A stretch of 64,000 bases of DNA from an uncultured Gemmatimonadaceae bacterium (lineage in GTDB: Bacteria; Gemmatimonadota; Gemmatimonadetes; Gemmatimonadales; Gemmatimonadaceae): NCBI GenBank assembly GCA_963781585.1, contig CAWAGQ010000011.1, positions 96,001 to 160,000 of the forward strand, in the 5' to 3' direction. This document shows positions 20,867 through 30,176 of this stretch, in pieces. The position numbers were made by a program, and so were the translations under genes. The notes under the pieces are model-generated. The model worked only from the letters and a program-made list of their open reading frames with translations, searched no databases and was not told where the DNA came from. Position 1 is the stretch's first letter. Each line of letters starts with the position of its first letter.

Positions 20867-21850
20867 TTACGCAAACACCCCCACCTGGCCGCCGGTGTGC
20901 CAGAAGAGCACCGCCTGGCTGTCCTCGAAGGCGCCCCGTCGCGCGAAAGCGATCAGCCCCGCCAGCGCCTTCGCCGAGTACCAGTGGTCGGTGATCAGCG
21001 CCTCGTTGCGCGCCGCGAGCTGCTGCGCTTCGCGCGACGCGTCCGACGGCACGCCATACCCGTCGCCGGCGAACCCATCATCCGCCTCGAACCGGTCCCC
21101 GGCACCTAACGAGCCGCTGCTCAGACCGAGGCGCTCTTCCATGCCGCCCACGATCTCCAGGACGCGGTTCCGGATGCTGGCGACCGGATCATCGGCACTG
21201 ATGCCGATCACCCTGGTGCGGAGTCCGTACAGCGCACAGCCCGCGAGCAGACCGGCCTGCGTTCCACCGGACGAGGTGGCCGACACGATGACGTCGGGCA
21301 CGATTCCCTGTGTCACCAGTTCACCCACGCCGCGCGCCAGCCCCATGGCGCCAAGCGGTGTCGAGGCGCCCAGGGGAATCACGTACGGATGCCCCCCCTT
21401 CGATCGCACGCGCTCGGCGACCAGCGCCATCGCCGGCGTGCGGTCCCCCCGCTCGGCCACATATGTCACCTCGGCGCCGAACATGGTATCGAGCAGGAGG
21501 TTGCCCGTGGGATGCTCCGGCGGTTCGCCGTTGACCACGAGATGACAGTGCATCCCGAGCTTGGCGGCGGTGGCCGCAGTGGCGCGGCAGTGATTTGACT
21601 GCACACCGCCGCAGGTGATGAGCGTATCCGCGTGGTGCGCCCTGGCGTCGGCGGCGACCACGGTCAGCTTGCGCACCTTGTTCCCGCCGAATCCGAACGG
21701 GAGCACGTCATCGCGCTTGGCGAGCACACGCGCCCCCATGCCGATGGCGTCGCGGAGGCGCGGCAGCTCGTCGATCGGCGTGGGGAGATGACCCAGCCGC
21801 AGGGCCGGGAGGGCCTCGAGACGGTCGCGTGCGGAGGAGAGGGACGACAT
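20867..21850 (-). CDS. D-cysteine desulfhydrase / ACC deaminase family PLP enzyme
   Basis: KRDD..FGGNKVRKL, GGVQSNH, SSGGTQAG and FWHTGG motifs. Confidence 0.9.
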   Translation of the reverse strand: MSSLSSARDRLEALPALRLGHLPTPIDELPRLRDAIGMGARVLAKRDDVLPFGFGGNKVRKLTVVAADARAHHADTLITCGGVQSNHCRATAATAAKLGMHCHLVVNGEPPEHPTGNLLLDTMFGAEVTYVAERGDRTPAMALVAERVRSKGGHPYVIPLGASTPLGAMGLARGVGELVTQGIVPDVIVSATSSGGTQAGLLAGCALYGLRTRVIGISADDPVASIRNRVLEIVGGMEERLGLSSGSLGAGDRFEADDGFAGDGYGVPSDASREAQQLAARNEALITDHWYSAKALAGLIAFARRGAFEDSQAVLFWHTGGQVGVFA

Positions 21851-22063
21851 CGGCGCAAATGCGGGTGAACTGCAGAAGCCGAGCTTGTGCCCGTGCCGCT
21901 GAATACTATGCGTCGCGACCTCCTCGCCGCGAGCGCTGGTGGCCCTCCGGGAGCGGCCGAGGACCACCGGTGTGTGGTCGTCCGCCCACAGGCGCCGCGT
22001 CCATTGCGCTCATTCCCCGGGAGTGGTATTAGGAGCAGCACCAGCGATCGGCCCTCAGTGACA

Positions 22064-22105
22064 GGCGACCGCCAACCTCCGACCTCCGACTTCTGATCTC
22101 CGAAC
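22064..22105. repeat. Short degenerate heptamer array (TCCGACC-like x6)
   Basis: GGCGACC GCCAACC TCCGACC TCCGACT TCTGATC TCCGAAC. Confidence 0.6.
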
Positions 22106-22158
22106 TGCCGTCCTCCCCGGAGTCGCGTTCCGGTCTCGAGCCGTGGGCCGTCGCCGAA

Positions 22159-23571
22159 TTGCCGGCGCCGCCCACACCACGGGGGCTGCAGTGGTTCTCC
22201 ACCGTCGGACCCGGCGTGATCGTCCTCGGCGCCTCGATCGGGAGCGGCGAATACCTCCTCGGCCCGGCCGCGTTCGTGCGCTACGGCCTAACGCTGCTGT
22301 GGGTCACCACCGTGGCCAGCGTCCTGCAGACGGTGTTCAATCTGGAGCTGATGCGGTACACCATGGCGACTGGCGAGCCAGCCTGCACGGGGTTCATGCG
22401 CACGCGGCCGAACTCGACGTTCTGGGCATGGATCTACACGGCGCTGTACTTCCTGCAGGTGGGGTGGCCGGCGTGGGCGGGGGCGGCGGCCGGGGCCTTC
22501 TTCTTCCTCGGCACCAAGCGGGTTGCCGGGGCCGGCGACGCGTCGATGGTCTACTGGATCGGCATCGGCACGTTTCTGCTGTGTGTCGCGATCCTCCTCG
22601 TGGGGCGTCGGATCGAGCGCACGCTCGAAGTCCTCAACTGGCTCCTGATCGCGGCGATTATCGGCGGGTTCGCGGTCCTGGCGGTGCTGTTCGTCGCGCC
22701 ATCGACGTGGATCGCCGAGCTGGCGGGGTTCGTGGGCTTCGACCCGGCCACGAAGATGTTCTCCTTTCTGCCGCGCGGGGCGGACTTCTTCCTGCTCGGC
22801 GCCTTCGCCGCCTTCAGCGGCGCGGGCGGCGTCATCAACGTCACGTTGTCCAACTGGGCGCGCGACAAGGGCTACGGCATGGGCGGCGTGGCGGGATACA
22901 TTCCGGCCGCAGTCGGCGGGACGAAAGTGAACCTGGCCCACGTCGGCTCGACGTTCGTGCCTGACGAGGACGGAATGCGGCGGTGGAGGGGCTGGTGGCG
23001 GATCGTGCGCGTGGACCAGTGGGGGATTTTCTTCATCGGCGCGATGATCGGCATGGGACTGCCCGCGCTGCTGTACATGACCTTCCTGCAGCCGGGACAG
23101 GACATCCGCGGCTACGGAATTGCCGCCACGCTGGCCAACGCCATGGAAGCCCGGATTCCCCTGATGGGCGGGGTGGTGGCGTTCATGGGCGCGTGGATCC
23201 TGTTCAAGACGCAGCTCGACGTACTCGACGGCATGACGCGCGCCACCACCGACATCCTGTGGACCGGGAGCCGGCGGATCCGCGCCTGGCGCGGCGGCGA
23301 CGTGCGGCTCGTCTACTACGGCGTGCTCGCGGTGGTCGTGGCCTGGGGCGCGATTGCGCTCCGGCTCGCGGCCCCGATTCGGCTGCTGCAGGTGGCGGCG
23401 AACATCGGCGGGTTGATCTTCGTCATCGCCGGATTGCACCTGCTGTACGTCAACACGCGGCTGCTGCCCCGGGCGCTGCGCCCGGGACTGTGGCCGCGGC
23501 TGGGACTGATCGCTCTCGCGGTGTTCTACGGGTTCTTCTCCTGGATGTCATTCCGGGCGCTGGTGTCGTGA
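22159..23571 (+). CDS. Nramp-like (YcsG-type) membrane transporter
   Basis: VGPGVIVLGASIGSGE and RYTMATGE motifs; about 11 TM segments. True start is probably somewhat upstream. Confidence 0.8.
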   Translation: MPAPPTPRGLQWFSTVGPGVIVLGASIGSGEYLLGPAAFVRYGLTLLWVTTVASVLQTVFNLELMRYTMATGEPACTGFMRTRPNSTFWAWIYTALYFLQVGWPAWAGAAAGAFFFLGTKRVAGAGDASMVYWIGIGTFLLCVAILLVGRRIERTLEVLNWLLIAAIIGGFAVLAVLFVAPSTWIAELAGFVGFDPATKMFSFLPRGADFFLLGAFAAFSGAGGVINVTLSNWARDKGYGMGGVAGYIPAAVGGTKVNLAHVGSTFVPDEDGMRRWRGWWRIVRVDQWGIFFIGAMIGMGLPALLYMTFLQPGQDIRGYGIAATLANAMEARIPLMGGVVAFMGAWILFKTQLDVLDGMTRATTDILWTGSRRIRAWRGGDVRLVYYGVLAVVVAWGAIALRLAAPIRLLQVAANIGGLIFVIAGLHLLYVNTRLLPRALRPGLWPRLGLIALAVFYGFFSWMSFRALVS

Positions 23572-23578
23572 CCCCGCC

Positions 23579-24154
23579 GTGAGCACGCGTCTCAGTGCGC
23601 ATGTCCATCCGTACGACGAGCGGCACGGTGCTTCTGGCGTGTTCATTCTGGTGGAGCTGCGCGGCCCGACGGCCGAGCGGATTCACGCGATACAGAAGCG
23701 ATTCGATCCCAGGCTGGCGGCCTTCGCGCCGCCGCATCTCACGCTGGTGGGGTCGTCAGGCATGGGCCCGATCGCGACTGACACGCCGCCTGCGCGGCTT
23801 CGCGAAGTCCTGGAGCCAATCGTACACACCACGCCCGAACTCATGCTGAAGCTGGAACCGCCTACGCGCTTCATGCAGACGGACACGGTGGTTCTGCCGA
23901 TCAACCCCCACGGTCCCCTGCGAACGCTGCACGAGCGCATCAAGATGAGCGGGTTGAGTTATGTCCGCAGCCGGCACGCGTTCACCCCGCACGTCACGCT
24001 GAGCCTGTACCGGACGCTCACGAAGGAGCAGGTGCGCGAGTTGCTCAAGGTGCGCATCACCGAGCCGGTGACGGTCGATCACCTGCTCGTCTCTCTCACG
24101 CGTGAGCCGCGGCCGCCGCAGCCGCTGTTCGAGCTGGTGCTGGGGCAAGAATAG
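23579..24154 (+). CDS. 2'-5' RNA ligase family (2H phosphoesterase)
   Basis: Two HxT motifs: PPHLTL and FTPHVTL. Confidence 0.85.
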   Translation: MSTRLSAHVHPYDERHGASGVFILVELRGPTAERIHAIQKRFDPRLAAFAPPHLTLVGSSGMGPIATDTPPARLREVLEPIVHTTPELMLKLEPPTRFMQTDTVVLPINPHGPLRTLHERIKMSGLSYVRSRHAFTPHVTLSLYRTLTKEQVRELLKVRITEPVTVDHLLVSLTREPRPPQPLFELVLGQE

Positions 24155-24373
24155 CGTCAGGCGGGTGTGTAGAATCCATTAAACAACCACAAGCGGAGGA
24201 ATCATGCACGCACAGTTAAATCACGTATCAACTAAAGGATATCTCCCAAGCGGAATATCTTAAGCAAATGGTAGAACCCGATGCAAGAAGTGGTCCCGGT
24301 TTTCTGAACACGTGAGTTAGGTGGACAGGCGGGCTCCCCGGGCGAGATTTCGCCCTGTACTCAGGAGCTCACC

Positions 24374-24679
24374 ATGCCGAAGAGATCCCGCCGGACCCAT
24401 GCCCCCGCCTTCAAGGCGAAGGTCGCCTTGGCCGCCGTCCGCAACGAAGGCACGCTCGCCGAATTGGCCAAGCGCTTTGATGTGCACCCCGCGCAGGTTA
24501 CCGCGTGGAAGGACCAGCTCCTCGCCGGTGCTGCGGAGCTCTTCGGCGAGCGCGGGAGATCGGCGGATCCGCCGATCGACGTGAAGACGCTGCACGCGAA
24601 GATCGGCGAACTCGCCCTCGAGAATGATTTTTTAGAACGCGCGCTCGGCAAGGCCGGCCTGCTGAGCGCCAAGCGATGA
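24374..24679 (+). CDS. IS3 transposase OrfA (HTH)
   Basis: [21 protein letters not shown] and [15 protein letters not shown] motifs; T-rich putative slippery site near 24628-24634. Confidence 0.92.
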   Translation: MPKRSRRTHAPAFKAKVALAAVRNEGTLAELAKRFDVHPAQVTAWKDQLLAGAAELFGERGRSADPPIDVKTLHAKIGELALENDFLERALGKAGLLSAKR

Positions 24680-25503
24680 TCGACCGGACGCACGCCTTGC
24701 CGATCACGAAGCAGGCGGCGGCGCTGGGGATCAGCCGGGGCGCAGTGTACTACACGCCCCGGCCGACCTCGGTCTTCGATCTCGCCCTGATGCGCCGGAT
24801 TGATGCCGTCCACCTCGAGATGCCCTGGTTCGGAGCGCGCGGCCTGCGTCGCGTGCTGAAGACGGAATTCCCTGGCGTGGGGCGTCGACACATCGGCACC
24901 CTGATGCGCACGATGGGCATCAGCGCGATCGCGCCCCAGCCGGGCACCAGTCGCCGGCATCGCGCGCATCCGGTCTATCCGTACCTGCTGCGGCAGCGCG
25001 TGATCACGCGGCCGAACGAGGTCTGGGCCATGGACATCACCTACATCCCGATGGCGCGCGGCTTCATCTATCTCGCCGCGGTGATGGACTGGGCGAGTCG
25101 CCGGGTGCTCAGCTGGGGCCTCTCGATCACGCTGGACAGCGCCTTCTGCATCGCCACCGTGGAGGAGGCGATCGCGCGCTACGGCCGGCCGGAGATCTTC
25201 AACACCGACCAGGGCGCGCAGTTCACCAGTGCGGCGTTCACCGGCCTGCTGCTTGATCACGGGATCCAGATCAGCATGGATGGCCTGGGCTGCTGGCGGG
25301 ACAACATCTTCGTCGAGCGCCTCTGGCGCACCCTCAAGTACGAGGAGGTCTATCTGCACGCCTACGACTCGGTGTCGTCCGCGAAAGCCGGCATCGAGCG
25401 CTACCTCACCCTCTACAACACTCGTCGTCCCCATTCCAGCCTCGCCGACCAGACCCCCGATGAGGCATACTTCCTCCCACTGTCGCTCCCCGCGGCAGCT
25501 TAA
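24676..25503 (+). CDS. IS3 transposase OrfB (DDE/rve)
   Basis: [17 protein letters not shown] and [15 protein letters not shown] motifs. Confidence 0.95.
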   Translation: MIDRTHALPITKQAAALGISRGAVYYTPRPTSVFDLALMRRIDAVHLEMPWFGARGLRRVLKTEFPGVGRRHIGTLMRTMGISAIAPQPGTSRRHRAHPVYPYLLRQRVITRPNEVWAMDITYIPMARGFIYLAAVMDWASRRVLSWGLSITLDSAFCIATVEEAIARYGRPEIFNTDQGAQFTSAAFTGLLLDHGIQISMDGLGCWRDNIFVERLWRTLKYEEVYLHAYDSVSSAKAGIERYLTLYNTRRPHSSLADQTPDEAYFLPLSLPAAA

Positions 25504-25901
25504 CCCGCCCGCCGATCCAGTTAACTCACCCTATCAGGCTGTACAGAGAAGCGGAGCCACTTCTGCACCCGTCTTAGCGAAAGTACCAGGTCTTATTTCC
25601 AAAGTGTGGTTGACAGACGAAGAGAAAAACACTTTTGGCGGTTTCTACTTGTGGGACAGCAAGCCTGCAATGGAAGACTTCATGCATTCTGACCTTGTAA
25701 AGGCAGTTGTAAGCCGACCGTTCGTACAAAATGTCGCGTCGGTTGACTTTGAAGTAAATCAACAGGCTTCACGCATTACCAGGGGACTAACATAGGAAGT
25801 AGGGTGACAAACGTGAGCTTGACAGACACGGGCCGACGCCGCATCGGCGCTATTCGCGCAACTCGACCGAGCGTTGCCGTCGTCTCACGCGGCAGGTCGC
25901 C

Positions 25902-26021
25902 GCCTAACCCGCTTGGAGCCGACGAGGGCGTGGGCGCGTCAGCAGGCGCACGGTATACTGGACTGCGAGGCGGTGCGGCGGCCGCCGCACGCCGTCGCAG
26001 CTCAAGCGCAGGGCGTTAGGT
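25902..26021 (+). other. Integron attC site (120 bp)
   Basis: R'' GCCTAAC; CGCTTGGAGC pairs with GCTCAAGCG leaving one extra G; R' GTTAGGT. Confidence 0.85.
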
Positions 26022-26038
26022 GCATCGCTCGCACAGAT

Positions 26039-26755
26039 ATGAAACTATCGGTGATCATTCCTGCCTACGACGAGGCAGCGGCCTTGCCGGAGACGCTCGC
26101 CCGCATTCGCCTCTCGTTGAACGCGGCCCGCGCGGATGCCGAGGTACTCGTGGTCGATAACGCCAGCGAGGACGCCACTGCTCGCGTGGCATCCGACGCC
26201 GGAGTGAGGGTGGTCTATGAGCCCACGCACAACATTGCGGCGGTTCGAAACGCTGGCGCAAAGGAAGCAACCGGCGATGTTCTCGTCTTTATCGACGCCG
26301 ATACCAAGGTGCCAGCAAGCCTCTTACTCTCCATAACGCGCGCCTTGGAGGACGAGCATTGCTTCGGTGGCGCAGTGGCTGTGGAGTACGATCATCTCGA
26401 ACGCAAGTGGATGAAATGGTACCTCGCCGGCTGGAAGTTCTGGGCAGCGGTCTTCAACTTCGCCCAGGGTGCCGCCCAGTTCTCCAGACGCCAAGTCTTT
26501 TCGGCCGTTGGCGGGTATGACGAAAGCATTTTCATGGGCGAAGACATCGACTTCTACTGGCGGCTCCGCAGGCACGCACGCCGCCACGGCGGCTATGTCA
26601 CGGTGCTAAATGATTGCAGGGTTGTAACGTCAGCGAGACGATTCAACAAGTTGACGCTGTGGCGAGTTCTTCTCCTCACGCATCCCGGATTCATTCGACT
26701 AATGTGGCGGAAACGACGCTGGTGGAGTGATTGGTACGATCGTGCAGTCCGGTAG
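26039..26755 (+). CDS. GT2 glycosyltransferase carried as an integron gene cassette
   Basis: SVIIPAYDE, VDNASED, FIDAD, GGYDE..GED and TSARRF motifs; ATG 17 bp after R'; followed by an attC. Confidence 0.9.
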   Translation: MKLSVIIPAYDEAAALPETLARIRLSLNAARADAEVLVVDNASEDATARVASDAGVRVVYEPTHNIAAVRNAGAKEATGDVLVFIDADTKVPASLLLSITRALEDEHCFGGAVAVEYDHLERKWMKWYLAGWKFWAAVFNFAQGAAQFSRRQVFSAVGGYDESIFMGEDIDFYWRLRRHARRHGGYVTVLNDCRVVTSARRFNKLTLWRVLLLTHPGFIRLMWRKRRWWSDWYDRAVR

Positions 26756-26778
26756 GAGTCGCGTCGGCAACGGTGAGC

Positions 26779-26872
26779 ACCTAACGAGCGCGTGAAGCTG
26801 CCGCGCGCCGCATCGATCGCCGGGAGACGAAGGTCAGGGCGGCGCTCGCAGCTTACGCGCATCGCGTTGATA
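26779..26872 (+). other. Integron attC site (94 bp)
   Basis: R'' ACCTAAC is the exact complement of the GTTAGGT that opens the cassette; GCGCGTGAAGCTGC pairs with GCAGCTTACGCGC leaving one extra G; R' GTTGATA. Confidence 0.85.
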
Positions 26873-27209
26873 TCACTGGGCTGGTGTCAAGGGCAGCAGA
26901 AGCTTGGTCGGCGTCGGGTAAAGGGGGTACTCCCCATCCTTTGGCAGAGCCGGTTCGGGGTTCCTGCGCGATTTTAGAACGACGTTTTTCTCGTCGCACC
27001 CTCGGAAACCGCTTGCGAAACGGGTTGGAGTGTTTTGGGACAAGAGCGGGCGACGTGGGTGGGAGGCTCTGTCGACGGTAATCCTGCTGATATACGCCGA
27101 TTACCAGGTCGCCCTGGCAGCGCGGCAAGAATTGGATTCGTCGTGAGCTGGCTCATTCTAGACGCGGGGATCCGCATGAAGACTGCTGCCCCCGTTCCCA
27201 GCCCTGCCG

Positions 27210-27352
27210 TGCTGCGCACCGCGCTGGATCGCTATCTGCGCTACTACAGTCGCACGCGCATGCACTCCGCGCTCGGGTACCACTCACCCATTGCGTTCGA
27301 GAGCCATGCACCGTAAAACCAGCCCTGTCTACCAAACTGAGGCAAGATCCCA
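27210..27352 (+). pseudogene. IS3-family remnant (transposase C-terminus and right end)
   Basis: LDRYLRYYSRTRMHSALGYHSPIAFE followed by the IR-like CTGTCTACCAAACTGAGGCAAGATC. Confidence 0.75.
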
Positions 27353-27553
27353 AGGCCGCTTTGGAAGCGCGCTCCGCGCGCACTTGTTGAAAGCCTTGCG
27401 GCTGAATACGGGCGGTTAGCATGCAACACACATCGCGACGACAGAACTGCTTTCGTTTCAGCGATCAAATCGCCGCGGCTGGATGGGCAGTTACTGCTCC
27501 GCCGTAGATCTTGGCGCCATCGTGGAGTTGCGCCTTCGCGTCATCCCGTTCGC

Positions 27554-29152
27554 TCATGCTGGTCGTGGTGGCACGCGCGCGACGACGAATACCGGGTCGA
27601 GCGCAACGGCGCTGTCAGCGTACATCGCTGCCCGATCGGGTTGACCAACCCACCTGTAGTGACCCGACAGAAAGGACAGCGCCTGCACGTTCGTTGGATC
27701 GACCGCGACGGCCCGCAGCCAGTCACGTTCGGCGAGCGAATCCTCGAGCAATTCCGAATGGGCGAGCCCGAGCTCGAACCATGCTTCGGATGATTCGACC
27801 GAGCTGGAGTCGAGCGCGAGCGCGTGGCGCGCCGCGGTGATCACGCCCGAGCGCCCATTTGGGTCGACCATCTGCGCGACGTGCGCGGTCGCAATCCAGC
27901 TCTCGGGATCGTCGGGGTCCAGCTCCACCGCGCGGCGGCTTGCCTGGACGGCCCGTGCGACCAACGAATCGCCCGGCAAGCCGCTGATCGCGAACCCGCG
28001 GACTTGGGACAATTGCTCGTCACGCGCCAGACCGGCCCATGCGCGCGCGAAGCTGGAATCGCGCGCGATCGCTCGGCTGAACAAGTCGAACGCGCGCTGA
28101 TAATCCGCGAAGGTGCGGCGTGTGATCAGCGTCCGGCCTTGGCGATAGAGCTCGTTCGCGAGCGAGTCCGAGCTGAGGTGGGACCGATGGGAGCCACCGA
28201 ATACACGTCTCGCTGCCGGCAGCGTCCAGACCGTGGCGGCGGCCACGCCGGCAAGGAGGAATGCACCAATCACGATCGGCCGCGCGCGCGGCGGCAGCCG
28301 CAGCGTCGCTCGCACACGTCGCGCCCCCTCGCGCCCGGCGAGCGCGGCCCCGAACTGCTCTGCGTCGTGAAATCGTTCGTCCGGCAATCGCGCGAGCGCC
28401 CGCTGCACAGCGTCGCTTACGCGGTGCGGCACGTCAGGCCGCTGCTTGCGGAGCGACGGCGCGTCGTGGGTGAGCGAACGCGTGAGCACCTGCCGTTGGT
28501 CGCGTCCAAAGGGCGGATCTCCAGTGACCATCTCGAACAGCATACACCCCAACGCCCACACGTCGGCGCGCGCATCGGTCTCTTCGCCGAGCGCCTGCTC
28601 CGGCGCCATGTATGCTGGTGTGCCGAGCGAAACGCCGGTGGCGGTCAGCCGATCTTCACGCGCCAACTGCGCCGCCCGCGCGATGCCGAAGTCGGCCACC
28701 AATGCGTGCGCCGTGTCGGCGAGCAGGATGTTCTCGGGCTTGATGTCGCGGTGAACGATTCCTCGCGTGTGCGCGTAGCCAAGGGCGTCGGTGATCTCGT
28801 GCGCGATGCGAAGCGCATCGTCGACACTCAGGCGCTTCTCGCGCTCGAGCCGACGGCGCAGTGTCTCGCCCTCGACGAACGGCATCACGTAGTACACGAG
28901 GCCGTTCGTTTCGCCGGAGTCGTGCACGGCGACGATGTTCGGATGCTGGAGTCCGGCGGCAACGCGGATCTCGCGCAGGAAGCGTTCGCGCCCGAGCGCG
29001 AGTTCCGGGTGCATGATCTTGATAGCGACCAGCCGGTCGTGGCGCAGGTCGCGAGCACGGAAGACGGTGGCCATCCCGCCGCGCCCGATCTGGTGCTCGA
29101 GTTCGTATTTGCCCTCCAGCGACTCGATCAGAAGGTACGGAAGTTCCGTCAC
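27554..29152 (-). CDS. Hanks-type Ser/Thr protein kinase with TM and TPR region; C-terminus probably truncated
   Basis: IGRGGMATV, VAIK, HRDIKPEN, DFG and GTPAYMAPE motifs; TPR-like repeats end abruptly. Confidence 0.88.
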   Translation of the reverse strand: MTELPYLLIESLEGKYELEHQIGRGGMATVFRARDLRHDRLVAIKIMHPELALGRERFLREIRVAAGLQHPNIVAVHDSGETNGLVYYVMPFVEGETLRRRLEREKRLSVDDALRIAHEITDALGYAHTRGIVHRDIKPENILLADTAHALVADFGIARAAQLAREDRLTATGVSLGTPAYMAPEQALGEETDARADVWALGCMLFEMVTGDPPFGRDQRQVLTRSLTHDAPSLRKQRPDVPHRVSDAVQRALARLPDERFHDAEQFGAALAGREGARRVRATLRLPPRARPIVIGAFLLAGVAAATVWTLPAARRVFGGSHRSHLSSDSLANELYRQGRTLITRRTFADYQRAFDLFSRAIARDSSFARAWAGLARDEQLSQVRGFAISGLPGDSLVARAVQASRRAVELDPDDPESWIATAHVAQMVDPNGRSGVITAARHALALDSSSVESSEAWFELGLAHSELLEDSLAERDWLRAVAVDPTNVQALSFLSGHYRWVGQPDRAAMYADSAVALDPVFVVARVPPRPA

Positions 29153-29431
29153 CGCCGTGCTCCAGTGTGGTCCGGGTAGTCCGAAGAGCGAGGTGTCGAA
29201 CATGGCGTTCGCTTCGTGCGCGCGCAACGACGCTCATCCGGTCGCGCGACGCGGCCGGAGCCGCATGTACATTCACTTCGTGACCGTCACGAGGCCTCCA
29301 GGACTGCGTCCACAACCACATCCCGCCGCAGTCGCCTGAGAGCTGCGCTGGGGAAGCGATGGAATGGTGGCAGCGTTGATGCGGTGAGGTAGCAGTGCGC
29401 TCGTTTTCCTCTCAACTCCTGCTGAGAGGAT

Positions 29432-29640
29432 ATGATGACAGCACTTCGCCAACGCCTCATCGACGATCTGACCCGCCGCGGCTACGCGCAGCGGACCATT
29501 CAGGCGTACGTCGCGAAACTCGGGTCGCGCTTTCGTAATTGACGGACGCGGTCGAGACGCGGCGGTGGCTCGACTGAGTCACTGCGTTCACGTCGCCCCG
29601 GATGAGCTGACGGAAGAGCAGGTGTCGCGCGTGCACCTGC
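29432..29640 (+). pseudogene. Tyrosine recombinase N-terminal (SAM-like) remnant of the type paired with IS91-like transposases
   Basis: GAGGA RBS, MMTALRQRLIDDLTRRGYAQRTIQAYV, then APDELTEEQV after a break; no catalytic domain. Confidence 0.7.
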
Positions 29641-29861
29641 TGGCCACGGCGACACACGGGGGAGCGCATCGCGGGCGTGCGTACTGTGGCCGCTCCAGCG
29701 CAGCACCGCCATACAGCAGGCAACGGCGCTGGCCAAACGGTCCGTGCTCTTGCTGCCCTCGCCGGGCACCGGCATCTTCGGTCTACGGTCCACCCAGCCT
29801 GCGACCTCTCCGGCACAACTGAAACCCCAAGCAACCTGCTGCCCGCGCCCGACCGGATTGA

Positions 29862-29920
29862 GTCCAACAGCAGATTCTTGACACGGCTTACGCGTATCAA
29901 GAATCTGTACGGCGTTAGGC
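29862..29920 (+). other. attC-like site (59 bp)
   Basis: R'' GTCCAAC; perfect arms CAGATTCTTGA/TCAAGAATCTG; R' GTTAGGC. Confidence 0.65.
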
Positions 29921-30052
29921 GTCACCAACTCTCACTAACATGCCCCAACAAGTGCCGCCATCGTCCAGAGCACCATCGCAGCATCTTGCCTTGATCATGG
30001 TCGTGTTCCTGTTCGGCACGGCATCGGGGGCGTTAGCCCAAAGTAATGGAGT

Positions 30053-30176
30053 CTCAAGACGACGAACCTGTTGGAGAGCGTGATGGCGCGCGTGCAAGAG
30101 AAAACCGCGCGCGTCGATCACTGGCGCACGAGCGATCAGAAGCTTCGCTGGTACGCTGCCGCACTCCTCGCCGTCT
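30053..30176 (+). pseudogene. IS256-family transposase fragment
   Basis: KTTNLLESVMARVQEKTARVDHWRTSDQKLRWYAAALL matches the TTNxxES region of IS256 transposases. Confidence 0.7.

Larger units (their letters stand above)
24286..25564 (+). mobile_element. IS3-family insertion sequence, 1279 bp, apparently intact
   Basis: Terminal inverted repeats AGAAGTGG...CCACTTCT; 3-bp target duplication GCA (24283-24285, 25565-25567); orfA and orfB. Confidence 0.95.
24204..25795 (+). pseudogene. ydhR: YdhR-family putative monooxygenase, split by IS3 and frameshifted
   Basis: GGAGGA RBS and ATG 24204. Removing the IS and one extra A near 24218 gives MHAQLITYQLKDISQAEYLKQMVEPDAPVLAKVPGLISKVWL...FGGFYLWDS. 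AT-rich relative to host. Confidence 0.85.

Noticed and set aside
26880..27200. Small ORFs after the second attC as a further cassette gene
   Set aside because: No coherent ORF with an RBS or family motif; looks like decayed mobile-element sequence.
29432..29640. Integron integrase intI for the attC array
   Set aside because: Only a broken N-terminal fragment of a different recombinase type; no catalytic RHRY residues or IntI-specific insertion.
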